Assembly: GCA_031385005.1 (NCBI GenBank)
Contig: JANNBB010000026.1
Span: 151,478-215,477, forward strand
Source of the DNA: Bacteroidota bacterium
Lineage (GTDB): Bacteria; Bacteroidota; Bacteroidia; AKYH767-A; 2013-40CM-41-45
DNA length: 64,000 nucleotides
Direction of reading: 5' to 3'
The notes beneath the pieces were generated by a model. It did not search any database. It was not told where the DNA came from and saw nothing but the letters and a program-made list of their open reading frames with translations. Each line of letters begins with the position of its first letter. Position 1 is the first letter of the stretch. Position numbers and translations under genes: made by a program. This document shows, one piece after another, positions 52,301 through 58,986 of the stretch.

Positions 52301-52529
52301 TTATTGGGCCATATATAGCGGCGACATATCAGATGCTGTTACCGGTTCACTAGGAATTCAGGATGGAGTAATTGAGTCACAGGATTACACTGATCTTGAA
52401 AACGCAATTTTATATGTGTTAATCGGTTATGTAGTTGAGGATATTACAGGAGACGGAGTAGTTGAATCCATTGATTACTCTATTATGGAAAATAATATTT
52501 TTCAAAGTATATATACGTTACATCCATAG
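37395..52529 (+). CDS. Giant (5044 aa) mosaic cell-surface adhesin
   Basis: Uninterrupted 15.1-kb ORF with a GTG start and signal peptide. It contains an FN3 domain, a beta-helix repeat region, SprB-type repeats, a GEVED domain (TGETEDY), a LamG/concanavalin-like domain, internally duplicated modules, and the shared C-terminal module. Confidence 0.85.
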   Translation: MYRRFDLNITSIFIWQMFLFALINGAYAQSSSNYSFSTNNNGYLTRDLYSDTINLSTGATQLIGPGTDSDISDETTIGFDYYFMGTNIKTFSCNENGIIELGAHTIPADLSKPSTSAIPNLLAPFGQNLQTGIDGEVRCKLFGTSPNRVFVIEYFNMMISFAGVNNALAGAATFQVRLYETTGILEYVYGQMATNNSVQNLIPVETGWIVNTTPNNFFAIDSLYNTSTIGNWPTFIVPQGSIVNHLNSISEGSRRIYRFTPPQTAVVAPTGLSFSSVAATTMTINWTDSSTNETNFNILISSNNTNFSKISTLNSFSTGTIGTGYNYTVKGLSPNTTYYFRIAANTEAISSPLLAGTRATTIPKAYHWIGTGNTFFEDPAKWNPNRFTPDPTDSLYFDNGLSSTINYVISQSVSKIVVSNNTLLRMNSDGGDTLLISAKIPNAFLIATGSSIINTALFPNTVTISFTNGNGATASISGTLELGKDNSYNTTNCITSVSGTIANAGNVYGATRTNLIFLSTGVYNHKYNVSPGVVPTATWNIGSLCLISGYTANPNILTSLSGQQFYNLTWDCPAQQVYVNLGGFFPASVNGTFKMANGLLRLQTNASPTLVLNNFIQTGGSFDLNNGGGSCTMKVSGTFNQSGGIFAPSAGGGLPILEFNGTSGVQQVNFFNSAPTGSLIYKISNPNGINLTGTGTLTTYFNININCGVRIATVATTPINTFLKLTYNTTSTTLTYEAPSDMTMTPTEFPLVSGPGNVSINMPGSVANMPFSRVIPGSLIMSGGDINLGANSITLGTSSTLPGNLSWASGNIRVTSGSMTRWFNTTGLPTQPGSQIGFFPIANGLDNRNVSIYGTSQFITGGSITVSHSNVPGITTGISISDLGYIIQRRTNSSWTFVNRGIVSNLNSIGIRVTGANLLSSNSPTQLRLTQANSVIGVTANGSGTAPNLRAERINIHSNQLSTTLFIGASDTHLDPYYVATTSGNWSNPAIWSSGIVPGLANNAIIDLGTVVTTDGTNQCKSLTINPGGTLNVPNNSILIDNSLSNNGNLNVTGGDLIINGGQQTAQGFTTTSGSNTVILSGTFTIGPLLGGNKRWIQSGGTATIAGGTININGSILISAGNFNQTNGNIIIDGNNGTSASGSVANGLHLFQVTGGTLSCNGGTIMIVDPPFVASKNSLAISIKTTTTSTNAFTGTHTFIFGNGISNTVGYNVTGFCMETYSSSSGGRVPLKNVIINSGNASGRFVRNTLVNTNGTQIQGTLTINPNSEYRIATNTISRDCIGGHIINNGTLTASGTLTLGGENGIYSIYNPQTISGTGVFQNQQISSTANFSGITLNNPGGITSTIGNISYSGILTFQNGNLSFGNNKIEQIAGGSIAGSFGASSHIKGKFQQHTNTGSFVLNFPIGDNLNYSPVSIIGAAGSVITPGDILVSTFPSEHPLISTANINSSKDITRHYTLQSLNGITYTTGSLSVILNWTNSDIDAGANTTNFVLGKTENGGWVYPTIKSKSANNIYVTDVSSLGDFIVGEKCNLNTNFSYPNSPYCNNGTVTPQFNNGGIAGIFTEPSGLVSINSNTGVINLASSTPGTYIITNTIANTGCQPSSSTANITIIGNSVATVNITSSANPTCSGLPLTFTAVPVNGGNPTYQWQLNNVNVGTNSAVYTNSNLTNGSIIKCIMTTSLTCVAVNQVTSNILSITVNSTPAAPIVTILGSTTISCGGFATLLSSYQGIGNTWSPAGIMNDTLITTAGTFSVTYTDSNNCTSSPSLPVIISLVNQTGPLNGSFTINPGITSCTNYNSLYAIISELNTRGINGTVTIDVPSGYTETAPSGGLQIKMCGLPDSIQPKNTQSITFRKTGSGSNPLLLGNIGNSTQDGIVKIIGTDYITFDGIDVNDTMSTGNSASQIEWGYALLKCNGTKGSSHNTIKNCNISLQKSNISSSGIYLNNHTEQSNVPLIYSGSQGSDQAFRSSFNVFSGNSISNSYSSVSLSGSNFFNDSLNEIGKSGSSPNLFSNVGGGVFATSIISVANQQRVKINNNILNGGDGTTGVLNGIFAYPSSGFSGDIVNNSIRLSSASSAVNGINGINISDGTFGDRINITDNIIEDCNFSIGTTADFNAILSSYSGPGIVDISRNSIRNNNLTTPSFGSFTGINTSGSPQTLNVAANSITGNNLSGFGVFNGINITDSLNPVIVSENIISFNYKTGQAGTLNGISINAANSQTINSNIISENGLPFSSGNNSVFISGITGNFGTGNETINRNRIRKLFILGSNSSQQVINGIRYHDNASSREINNNSIDSLYSLNNSTITGIYSGLALGTVNISANKIFDVNSGGASASACGILTNYAPQLVTISNNIIGRLYTPTSTNSNAIRGMDISGATSIRIYYNTINLDAVGNNVSFGSSGLFVLSTSLLDLRNNIIINNSLPGGSAGADGVTAAFRRNNSTLTNYSNSSNNNLFYAGIPGQNNVIYCEGFANPVVNVASSILDYKAISTLSPRDSASVSENVSFTSLSGADSLFLHINNNGLTYVEGNAKPINGFTTDYDTELRNVINPDIGADEGGFTGIRPSIAVVIPNPGTGQCSAVAHTINANVIPGLNPITSVILSYSFGSATPINLSMTHLSGNNWSATIPSASPSNAVVNWTINATDGTYSQVVSGNYQDEIYSQYSLNINASTTPGNVCSSGTTQLLASVIGTATTSNTYCLPAQNNSGNCISNVEFNTLNNSSGSCLSNTYTLFPQSGSTTTTVVSGQSYLLLTTNVTNSMTWVWIDFNGNGIFETAEGKLIYGSASSGFTTISIPASAVIGATRMRIRSTIPNGILNSASSCTSITTGETEDYLINIIPPLTYLWSPSNGLSDSSIANPLATVNATSTYFVSAYDKYGCTLPSLTTSINIQVLTPPTPPIANNSIQCGTGIPPCSVTGTGVKRWYLNDSIVSPLSGESGNFLVAYSINTTKHFWVSVFDGSCESGRTEVVAFVNQPDPISANASTVSTCTTNPINLSVVQNGANNQYTYSWTALPITGSGIASQISGQNITVVPTAPGTYVYKVRATDISLNCFTEATITVIVREPRISGLVASATSICPGTNDTLSAFTTLNGQATIGTGNLTNSITNGWPTPYGGYYGGTRSRYLILASELTSAGLLAGAIRSLSFNVVQLGGVATFNGFNIKVGHTNLTSLPTTFQSASLTSVFGPANYAPVSGINTHNFSVPFLWDGISNLLIEICFNNNANTNATGNMSCKSTATNFTSAIHFGANFNSSVCGNLSTLGQQMQRPNMIISGQVLSPGQGLINWVWNPGGITGNSIVVNPTLSTTYTVIATNTSTTCTSSNSIHINVRSTPPQPTAHDSVHCGTNVPLCFVNGIGNVYRWYNLPVGGNSIPGESGSTLNQYTSGNPTTFYVSEFDGTCESPRIAVNEGVIKPDSVFAATSAGPYCIGSTINLFTIQTGNTNTYVYSWNSSTSSGSGLPAPQMGQSIAIVPTHSGTYTYTVTATEGNCATVSSVTLTINENPIITAATANPISLCLGEQITLQAKSFVTTSPAAVIGSDTLTNTAGTYPTPFGHSFGGAKEQYLIPASELFASGLQPGNITSLAIDIVDLPLIGSSVFQNFSISMGRTNLTNLPPSVQTGINGMTQVIFIPFDTIHTGINNYTFNNPFNWDGSTNLLIEICFNNNDNGGGQGGNAVVRQSLTSYVSTTGYHISNQQNVCSTNGNASINTFYRRPNFRLGGIVGNDLTSTLSWNWTPGNLSGSLVNIQTSSPGNNTYTVKATNTVGCTSGAGVNVFVYSQSPPPIATNGSHCGNKVPNCSVTGLTGIFKWYLNPTGGTSLAGETNGTLNSYVIGTTTTFYVSEFDGLCESIRVLVIETVIPTDSINIIASSPAVCQGIPITLIANQNGNTSNYSFNWTSSTGGGLLTTSGNQVTATPTIAATITYTVDALDITSGCRWISTINVTSNLSPVVTTTSQADTICLGAVTQLIASANLAGKALQLNGINQYLTIPPSASLNFTTNFTLELWMNPGSLDAGRGLLSKNQSNPNGSYFLRLGNAFPFSGLSTGGQNTINAPLGSLSLNTWYHVAVVYSNLSGTNNNVTIYLNGNVIATGISTVGLNTDSLRIGIDYGNVTFLGLIDEVRIWNSPLNISTIQNWMNKPLDNSHPNNLNLKTYFDFNFPSGLTITDLSGNGNHGFIVNNASILPSNAPINAGITYAWSPTSGLSNPAVYNPIASTTLPGIQTYNVTATAQSGCSSGSTSLFYASLSAQDPIITSALGSIVFCNTGSDLLTLQNARIGNQIKWQISTDNIIWQDIPNANGISYQTSAFTRTTYFRSIVSCTGSDTSNVLQLTIDVPTITSTTGAMRCGSGQVSLQVTGNGNINWFANSTGGNSLFNGNTYQPTVSVSTTFWVESNINGCLFSGSRQPVVASVIPAPLISSSSSANLICSGSFVNLSAISSNDPNYSYVWTPGNLIGASVSVSPNFTTIYTVTATDTTLGTNNGCIATSTNQISVSTTPPVAIISPSSPSICSTGGSVSLSISNIFPSTVYRWNPGNFQGSSYTVSPTTTTTYTVTATKSPGCTSTANVTVNYSPVTQPVISTQNIFTVCQGDSITLSTAGSYTTYNWFIGTTNIGSSPSITISPLSNVLCSLIVSNGSCFANTTQAITVKPFIPPTVSSTNNQTVFCEQDSLLLSISPSYQSYLWKKGLVTVSTAQNFYALTSGMYTANVTSANGCTATRNITITTNPSPPVALISTAGPILLCDDGSNSPSILLTDTTGSGPNSTLIWNDLGGSTGNTLSVNYNDLDLLINGNSFNYYFTVTNSFGCSKISNLVTATTLPCSANVSLNVRLFLEGFYTMGGNGLMDNQGSGGCLYLNGISTNPFDVDTVTISLVDASTFALAESSKGILKTNGNVSVSFQSPVVPGLSYYIIVNHRNSIETWSANPVTMNSITNYDFTLSQSQAYGNNMVNTLDGLYWAIYSGDISDAVTGSLGIQDGVIESQDYTDLENAILYVLIGYVVEDITGDGVVESIDYSIMENNIFQSIYTLHP
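38195..38480 (+). other. Fibronectin type III-like domain in the 5044-aa protein
   Basis: PTGLSFSSVAATTMTINWTDSSTNETNFNILIS...YNYTVKGLSPNTTYYFRIAA. Confidence 0.55.
45513..45930 (+). other. GEVED domain in the 5044-aa protein
   Basis: CLPAQNNSGNCISNVEFNTL...ATRMRIRSTIPNGILNSASSCTSITTGETEDYLINI. It ends with the family-defining GE[VT]EDY motif. Confidence 0.55.
49362..49850 (+). other. LamG / concanavalin A-like lectin domain in the 5044-aa protein
   Basis: LQLNGINQYLTIPPSASLNFTTNFTLELWMNP...TWYHVAVVYS...LRIGIDYGNVTFLGLIDEVRIWNSPL. The pattern is typical of LamG_3 laminin-G-like domains. Confidence 0.6.
51900..52526 (+). other. Shared non-canonical C-terminal module (copy 2)
   Basis: NVSLNVRLFLEGFY...GIQDGVIESQDYTDLENAIL...EDITGDGVVESIDYSIMENNIFQSIYTLHP, about 55-60% identical to copy 1. 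Confidence 0.6.
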
Positions 52530-52999
52530 AAAAAGGAAAATATCGAAAATTTGGAAGAATTTCGACCTAAAATAAAATCAAATTAATTTCCATTCCGTTA
52601 TTTATTCGACTTTTTAAGTCTCACCGACAAAGTTGAATTAATTTTATTTATTAAATAAATGAAACATATTCAATTTTTTTAATATTTTTGAAATAAGATA
52701 TCTGTTGTTCTAAATAATTTCAGTTAGTTGAATATCTAAAAAAGTTTATTAATTATACCGAATTATTAACTAAATACTAAATATTATTAAAAATTTTATT
52801 TTCAAATTTCATTTTTTAGAGCTTTTAATTACTAACAAAAAAGCGTTAATTCCCTCCTATTAGTTAAACAACAACTGATAATAATCATTTCAACCTAAGA
52901 TAAATTAATAGTAGCTTTGAATGTAAGGGAACTATTTTCTTCTTATTAATTACTTGGTTCTTAAATAAAATTATCAATTATAAAACACAAACTTCTCAA

Positions 53000-53422
53000 A
53001 TGAAAAAACAAGATTTAGAAAAATGTATCGGAGTATGGCTCGATCATGAAAAAGCTTACTTAATTAAACCGGGAAAAGACGAAAAGGACATTGAAACGTT
53101 ATTTTCAAATCAACATGCGAATTCCAGAATTCCTGGAGAAGAATCGTCCGGAACCCGCCTTGGTAACAACCGCTCGACAAATGATGAATACAGTAAACAT
53201 AATAAAGAACAAGAGCATTTAAAACACTATTACAAATCTCTTTCAGAAAAATTAAAAACCTATGACCACATCATTTTACTGGGCGCTTCTACAGCAAAAA
53301 ATGAACTTGGTAATCTAATCAGTAAAGACAAATCATTTAACAGTAAAACAGTAGAAACAAAAAACGCTGACCATATGACGCCAAATCAAATGACTACCCG
53401 GATTTCCGAACTTTTTTCGTAA
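53000..53422 (+). CDS. Hypothetical 140-aa protein, possibly host-attachment (PF10116-like/baeRF-type) family
   Basis: It is isolated in a ~1.4-kb AT-rich interval. The pattern GVWLDHEKAYLIK...R.PGEESSGTR...HIILLGASTAKNELGNL...DHMTPNQMTTRISELF resembles Host_attach-type proteins, but only from memory. Confidence 0.4.
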   Translation: MKKQDLEKCIGVWLDHEKAYLIKPGKDEKDIETLFSNQHANSRIPGEESSGTRLGNNRSTNDEYSKHNKEQEHLKHYYKSLSEKLKTYDHIILLGASTAKNELGNLISKDKSFNSKTVETKNADHMTPNQMTTRISELFS

Positions 53423-53898
53423 ACGAGTTTTTAAGTTTCAATTTTAAAATTAATTCAATTCGTCTTTATATTAGACAGATTTATAATCCGTTTTTTTTCT
53501 GTATGATTTTTCAATTATCATTATCGAAAAAAATATGGTGGCCGGTGTCATTATTTTATAAGGATATAAATGTTCTTCAATAAAGTTGCCCAAGCACCTG
53601 TTGAAAAACCAAAATTTACGAATTTGAATTTCATTTTTTAATTTTTTCACCCCCTTTACTTGTTCGTTCGCGGAAAAATTCTGTTAAACTTTTTTAAAAA
53701 TTATTGAAAAAGTTAAAAATAATCAAAAAATTAACCTTTATTTTTGATTTCCCGACGATAGTTCATAAACAGAAATTATTTACAATATTAATTATTCAAA
53801 ATTGAGTTAAAATCGATATATTAGGACATTAATCCAAAGAGTCTCCTACCTTAATTAATTACTTAACCAGATCAAAATACAATTAAAATTTTGATCTT

Positions 53899-56800
53899 TT
53901 GAAACACTCCAACATGATGATTCAAAATTACCAAAAGTTAAAAACTTTCATTTTCCGGATATTGTTTATTCTCTTTTTGCTAAACGCAATGGCTGATAAA
54001 ACAATGGCCCAGTTAGCGTCCGGAATGCCTTTCAGGTTTTCACCTTCTACACACGCTGTAACACCTACGGTTCCTACACTTATTAATCTTGCTTCACGAC
54101 CGGCAGCTATCAGGGACGAATTCGATACCCTTCTTGTTCCGGCCGGATTCAATTTTACTTTTGCAGGTATTGCTTATGATAGGGTAATTATTTCTACAAA
54201 CGGATGGGTTGCTTTGGCTCCAAGCTCTGTTGCTGTTCTTCCTGCTTATTTTGCTTCAGCATTACCTAACAATTCGTTGAGTACCTATGCGGGCGGACTA
54301 CCATTGATTGCACCTTTATGGGACAATGATTCTTGCAGTCTAATTCAATATGGATTATTAGGAAACGTTTTAACAATTCGCTGGACTGTAAAATGGGATA
54401 AAACTAATGCAGGGGCTTACGGTTCTCCTTTTTGGGTTGTGCTTGACGGAAACACAGGTAACATCGATATTTATTTTTCTACTATCGCTTATGTACCTTC
54501 CGCTTCGGCCAGTGCTTCAGTTGGAATTGCCGGGGTATGTACCGGAGATTTTTATTCAGTAACTCCCAATGCCGCCATTGCCAGTACAGCGATAGACAGT
54601 GTCGCCGAAAACTCAACGGTCGCTTTAAGACCCCAAGGGCACAGATATACCTTTATACCTTATAATGCTAACGACAATTGCTCCGGTCCATTTCCGGCAA
54701 AAAACCTGGGTACGATAAATAGTACTTGTACTTATACTCAGTCAACGACTGTAAACGCTACTGTTTCAGGAGTTGGAAATTGCTCCACTGCTGACGACAA
54801 CGATGTTTGGTTTACTATTGTTAAACCTATAGGTACAACTAATGTAATTGTAACCACTGCCCCATCAGCTTCCTGCCTTTCTGTTTCGGGAACAAGTGTA
54901 GAAGTTTATTCAGCTTGTGGCGGACCGGTTTTAGGATGCGCTACTACTAGTGGTGCTAATCCGGGTTTTGGCGAGGTAACACTCACCCGTTCCGGTTGTG
55001 TTGCTGAAACATTGTGGGTCCGAGTAACAGCGGATGGAGACGTCGCCGGCAAATTTCAAATTTGTGCAAAAAGTAATAATCCGGTAACAGGCAATGCATG
55101 CGCGAGTCCAACTCCTCTTTGTGCTCCGCCATTTAATTTAACCGGACTCAGCACACTTGGAACAGTAAACGATTATAGCAACAACGTGCTTTGCCAATCC
55201 GATTATCTAACAGGTGAAGATTATGTTTTCACTTACACACCAACGGTTACTCAATGTGTAAATATTTCCATCGACGGTACAGGTGCGAATTCATATCCGG
55301 GTTTGTTTCTTCTGGATGGTTGTCCAAACGACACAGATAATTCTGTTTGTGTTGCATCAGCTTCGAATGCATCTTTTGGAGATACCATTGGTAACATTAC
55401 TCTTATCGCAGGACAAACTTATTACATCGTAGTTGACAACAACAGTATTTTGAGCGGGACAACATCAATGCCATTTAATATACACCTAAATACATCAGCA
55501 GCAGCAGCACCTCCGAATGACAACTGCGGTTCTGCTGTGTCGCTTGGAACCATACCGCTAAATGCTACGTGTACTTGGTCTGCTTCATATACAACAAGAT
55601 GTTCAAACCCATCACCCATTGCCGGTTATCCTAATCCGGGATGTGGTGGATTTAATGCCTCAACTACTAACGATGTCTGGTTTACTTTTACTCCAAGTTT
55701 TTCCGGGACGCTGTTAATTAACTCACAAGGAACCGGAACCAATCCTGTAATCCATGGAGGACTTGCAGTTTATACCGGTACATGTGGATTGTTAAGTCTT
55801 GTTGCTTGTGCGGGTGATTCTGTTTCTATCCCATTCATGCCTAGTCTGAGTTTTCCTGTCACCAATACAACTGTTTATTATATTCGTTTTTGGTCAGCAA
55901 CCGGATTTGACCCCGGTGATTTTCAACTTTGTTTTCAAAGTAATTGCTCTCCTCCAAACGATCTACCAATCAATGCTATTCCACTTACTTTAAGTGTACC
56001 TGTAATGGGTGATAATACGTGCAGTACAGGTGCCCAGGAAATGGCTCCATTGGGTTGTACACACGATGGAACCAACGTTTCAAATACAGTATGGTATTCT
56101 GTCGTTGTTCCTGCATCCGGCCAAATTGCTGTTCGAATCAGTCAGCTTTCTCTGGTCGATGCTGCAATTGGTGCATATCTTTTTCCTACCGGTCCGGCAA
56201 ATGCCGCAACTTCGAACACCTTACTTGGATGTAACGATGATATTATTTTTATCACCCAATGCGGCGTTTGTGGAATGACTGGCGATAACGATGCTGCCCT
56301 TGTATTAACCGGAACTCCCGGTTCAACCATTTACTTAAGAGTTGATGGGGCACAATCCTGGACAGGTAGTTTTTGGATCACTGCTATTTCCGGAACTTGC
56401 GGATCTGTTTTTCCTCCTGTTTACAGGAAAGATTGTGCAAATCCCGAATTCATTTGTACAAACAGCAATTACTATTTACCAAATGGTGGAATCGGATCAG
56501 ATGGCAACATCTGTGACTTTACTAATCTTCCTTGTTCCGGTGGAGCCACACGTTCCGAAGTTGGATCTGCCTGGCTGAAATTTACCGTTACTCCGGGAAG
56601 CCAATTAGGTTTTACCATTACTCCAAACGACTCTGCAGCGCCTACATGTAACTACAACTTCTTCCTTTGGGATGTAACCAGTCTGCCAAATTTTTGTAAT
56701 CAAATTGCCACCACACCTCCTCTACGTTGCAATACCGTTGCCAACACGGGGAAAACGGGATTGCAAAATCCGGCCGGTGCAGCTTACTCTGCTTTAGTTG

Positions 56801-58854
56801 CTGCAGCTGCCACTCCGCGTACTTATATGCTATATGTCGAAAATCAAACTTCTGCAAACGACGATGAAGGAGTTCCGGGAACAACAGCCGGATTCATTAT
56901 TGATTGGGGAATCTGGAGTGGAGGAATAAACACAGGTCAAACTTTATTGTCGGGAACTTCAACAACTTCTATCTGGAATGGAACTGTTATCGATACGAAT
57001 TATCAATACTTGCCCAACTGGAAAGGTGTAGGAACTTGTCCTGCCGTTCTGCCTTCATGCACAACAGATGTTTCTATTTCCGCAGCTACTAAAGAATGTT
57101 GGGTAACAGGAAATTCATATGCAAAAAATATAATTATCAACCTGGGCGGAACACTTCGCATAAAGTCAGGTGGAAATTTACATGTATGTGGCGATTTCAC
57201 TAACAACGGAAGTTTAATTTGCGAACCCGGTGCCACCATTACTTTTGAAGGAACATCCTTTCAATACATTTCAGGCGCACTTACGGGAGCTAATTCTTTT
57301 GCCAGCATCGTCATCAACAAAACCAATAGCACTATCGTGTATTTAAATAACAACCTGGATGTAACTGAAAATTTTACTACTGCAAATGCTACCAGTATTT
57401 TCAGTATCAATGGAAAATATTTAAAAGTCGGAGGTGATTTTACCAACGCCTCCGGAGCCACTACTTTTACCGGAATAGGCGGTTCTACTGTTGAATTTTA
57501 TAAACCCATAAATCAATTCTTCACCAATCTGGTCGGTGCTATTACACTCAATCGTGTAGTGATGAATAAACCGCTTGGAAAACTATACCTGAACGGTGCT
57601 TTCAGTACGATGAATATTGACTCGGCATTAACCTTAACTAACGGTATTATCGTAGGACCAAGAATAGTTGGTGCTCAGGAAGTAAATATGAAATATTATT
57701 TACCCACATCCATAACCGGGCACAATGCTTTAAGTTATATCGATGGTAAACTAAGAAGAAAGATTGCAAACCCAACCGGACCTGCATCTCCAGCAATTCC
57801 TGCTTCATACGATTTTCCGGTTGGCGACTCACTTACTCCCGGTGGATATGAAATGGCTAATATTACTTTTATTTCACCTACTCTCGTGAATAATTTGTTA
57901 TGTACATTTCAACCTTGGCCTTTAATGGCTCCACCTAATCCCGGACCAAATTCTCCATTTGAATGTATCTTCGCTCAGTATAATGTCCTCCCCATGTTAG
58001 ACAATGGATACTGGAGTTTTGAAAGAAGTGTTACACCAAGCAATGGGGTTTACAAAGTTACTTTAAACAATACCGGTTATACCAATCAATTTGGTGCTAG
58101 TGGCTGGTCAATGGCTACAGCTGCTATTGCCGCCAATGCCAGTCTTACGGCATCGTGGAGTATGGCTGCGAAATGCAGTATGTTAAGTACATTAACAAGT
58201 ACGAGACGTGATAGCTTAAACTCCATTCCATATCCGGGATCATTTAATCACTTGTATGCAACAGCTCAAACAGGTTCTCCATTACCAATCGAGTTGCTTT
58301 ATTTTAATGCAGAAAAATATGGAGAAGGTGTTGTATGTAAATGGGAAACAGCCACAGAAAGGAATAATGACTATTTCGAAGTTGAAAGAAGTTTCGACGG
58401 CGAATCCTTCGTATCTGTGGGCAGAGAAGCAGGATGCGGCCCGGGAATTTGTAATGATTCCCGCAGCTATTCTGTAACAGATTACGAACGATGCAAGGGA
58501 ATTGTTTACTACCGACTCAAACAAGTAGATATAGATGGACTGTTTTCCTATTCAGATATTGTTGCAATCAATTGTACCGATGTCAAAGACCTTGTAAGCC
58601 TTCATCCAAATCCTGCACAGTCTTCTATCACTTTATCTTTTAATCAATCTTCAGACTGTATTGTGATGGTTAGTATTATCGACTATACCGGTAGAATTGT
58701 TTATTCAAAAAAACATTCCGCAATAAAAGGATTTAATAAAATTCCAATTTCTATCGAAGAACTTGCTGATGGGGTTTACAATGTTGATATACAAACCGAC
58801 GGTAAAAGCAATGAAAAACCACGTCAGGTTAGATTCTTCAAAGAGTTAAAATAA
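53899..58854 (+). CDS. Large (1651 aa) secreted protein with a canonical T9SS type-A C-terminal sorting domain, unknown function
   Basis: Signal peptide. The C-terminal ...LHPNPAQSSITLSF...GVYNVDIQTDGKSNEKPRQVRFFKELK is a type-A CTD. It is preceded by the same LPIELLYF...YYRLKQVDIDG.FSYSD module as ORF 139..2619. The track start is TTG, and ATG at 53914 is the likely real start. Confidence 0.8.
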   Translation: MKHSNMMIQNYQKLKTFIFRILFILFLLNAMADKTMAQLASGMPFRFSPSTHAVTPTVPTLINLASRPAAIRDEFDTLLVPAGFNFTFAGIAYDRVIISTNGWVALAPSSVAVLPAYFASALPNNSLSTYAGGLPLIAPLWDNDSCSLIQYGLLGNVLTIRWTVKWDKTNAGAYGSPFWVVLDGNTGNIDIYFSTIAYVPSASASASVGIAGVCTGDFYSVTPNAAIASTAIDSVAENSTVALRPQGHRYTFIPYNANDNCSGPFPAKNLGTINSTCTYTQSTTVNATVSGVGNCSTADDNDVWFTIVKPIGTTNVIVTTAPSASCLSVSGTSVEVYSACGGPVLGCATTSGANPGFGEVTLTRSGCVAETLWVRVTADGDVAGKFQICAKSNNPVTGNACASPTPLCAPPFNLTGLSTLGTVNDYSNNVLCQSDYLTGEDYVFTYTPTVTQCVNISIDGTGANSYPGLFLLDGCPNDTDNSVCVASASNASFGDTIGNITLIAGQTYYIVVDNNSILSGTTSMPFNIHLNTSAAAAPPNDNCGSAVSLGTIPLNATCTWSASYTTRCSNPSPIAGYPNPGCGGFNASTTNDVWFTFTPSFSGTLLINSQGTGTNPVIHGGLAVYTGTCGLLSLVACAGDSVSIPFMPSLSFPVTNTTVYYIRFWSATGFDPGDFQLCFQSNCSPPNDLPINAIPLTLSVPVMGDNTCSTGAQEMAPLGCTHDGTNVSNTVWYSVVVPASGQIAVRISQLSLVDAAIGAYLFPTGPANAATSNTLLGCNDDIIFITQCGVCGMTGDNDAALVLTGTPGSTIYLRVDGAQSWTGSFWITAISGTCGSVFPPVYRKDCANPEFICTNSNYYLPNGGIGSDGNICDFTNLPCSGGATRSEVGSAWLKFTVTPGSQLGFTITPNDSAAPTCNYNFFLWDVTSLPNFCNQIATTPPLRCNTVANTGKTGLQNPAGAAYSALVAAAATPRTYMLYVENQTSANDDEGVPGTTAGFIIDWGIWSGGINTGQTLLSGTSTTSIWNGTVIDTNYQYLPNWKGVGTCPAVLPSCTTDVSISAATKECWVTGNSYAKNIIINLGGTLRIKSGGNLHVCGDFTNNGSLICEPGATITFEGTSFQYISGALTGANSFASIVINKTNSTIVYLNNNLDVTENFTTANATSIFSINGKYLKVGGDFTNASGATTFTGIGGSTVEFYKPINQFFTNLVGAITLNRVVMNKPLGKLYLNGAFSTMNIDSALTLTNGIIVGPRIVGAQEVNMKYYLPTSITGHNALSYIDGKLRRKIANPTGPASPAIPASYDFPVGDSLTPGGYEMANITFISPTLVNNLLCTFQPWPLMAPPNPGPNSPFECIFAQYNVLPMLDNGYWSFERSVTPSNGVYKVTLNNTGYTNQFGASGWSMATAAIAANASLTASWSMAAKCSMLSTLTSTRRDSLNSIPYPGSFNHLYATAQTGSPLPIELLYFNAEKYGEGVVCKWETATERNNDYFEVERSFDGESFVSVGREAGCGPGICNDSRSYSVTDYERCKGIVYYRLKQVDIDGLFSYSDIVAINCTDVKDLVSLHPNPAQSSITLSFNQSSDCIVMVSIIDYTGRIVYSKKHSAIKGFNKIPISIEELADGVYNVDIQTDGKSNEKPRQVRFFKELK

Positions 58855-58878
58855 ATAAATTACTGAATTGTTCTATCT

Positions 58879-58912
58879 AAAAAAAGAGAGTCGGTCGACT
58901 CTCTTTTTTTTG
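58879..58912. terminator. Bidirectional rho-independent terminator
   Basis: AAAAAA-agagagtcggtcgactctct-TTTTTTTT, lying between a plus-strand gene and a minus-strand gene. Confidence 0.75.
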
Positions 58913-58986
58913 GAATAATATTTTACAAAATACTTTCTGTATTATTTTTAAGTAGTAGAAATTAAATAATCTACACCTTATAAAAA

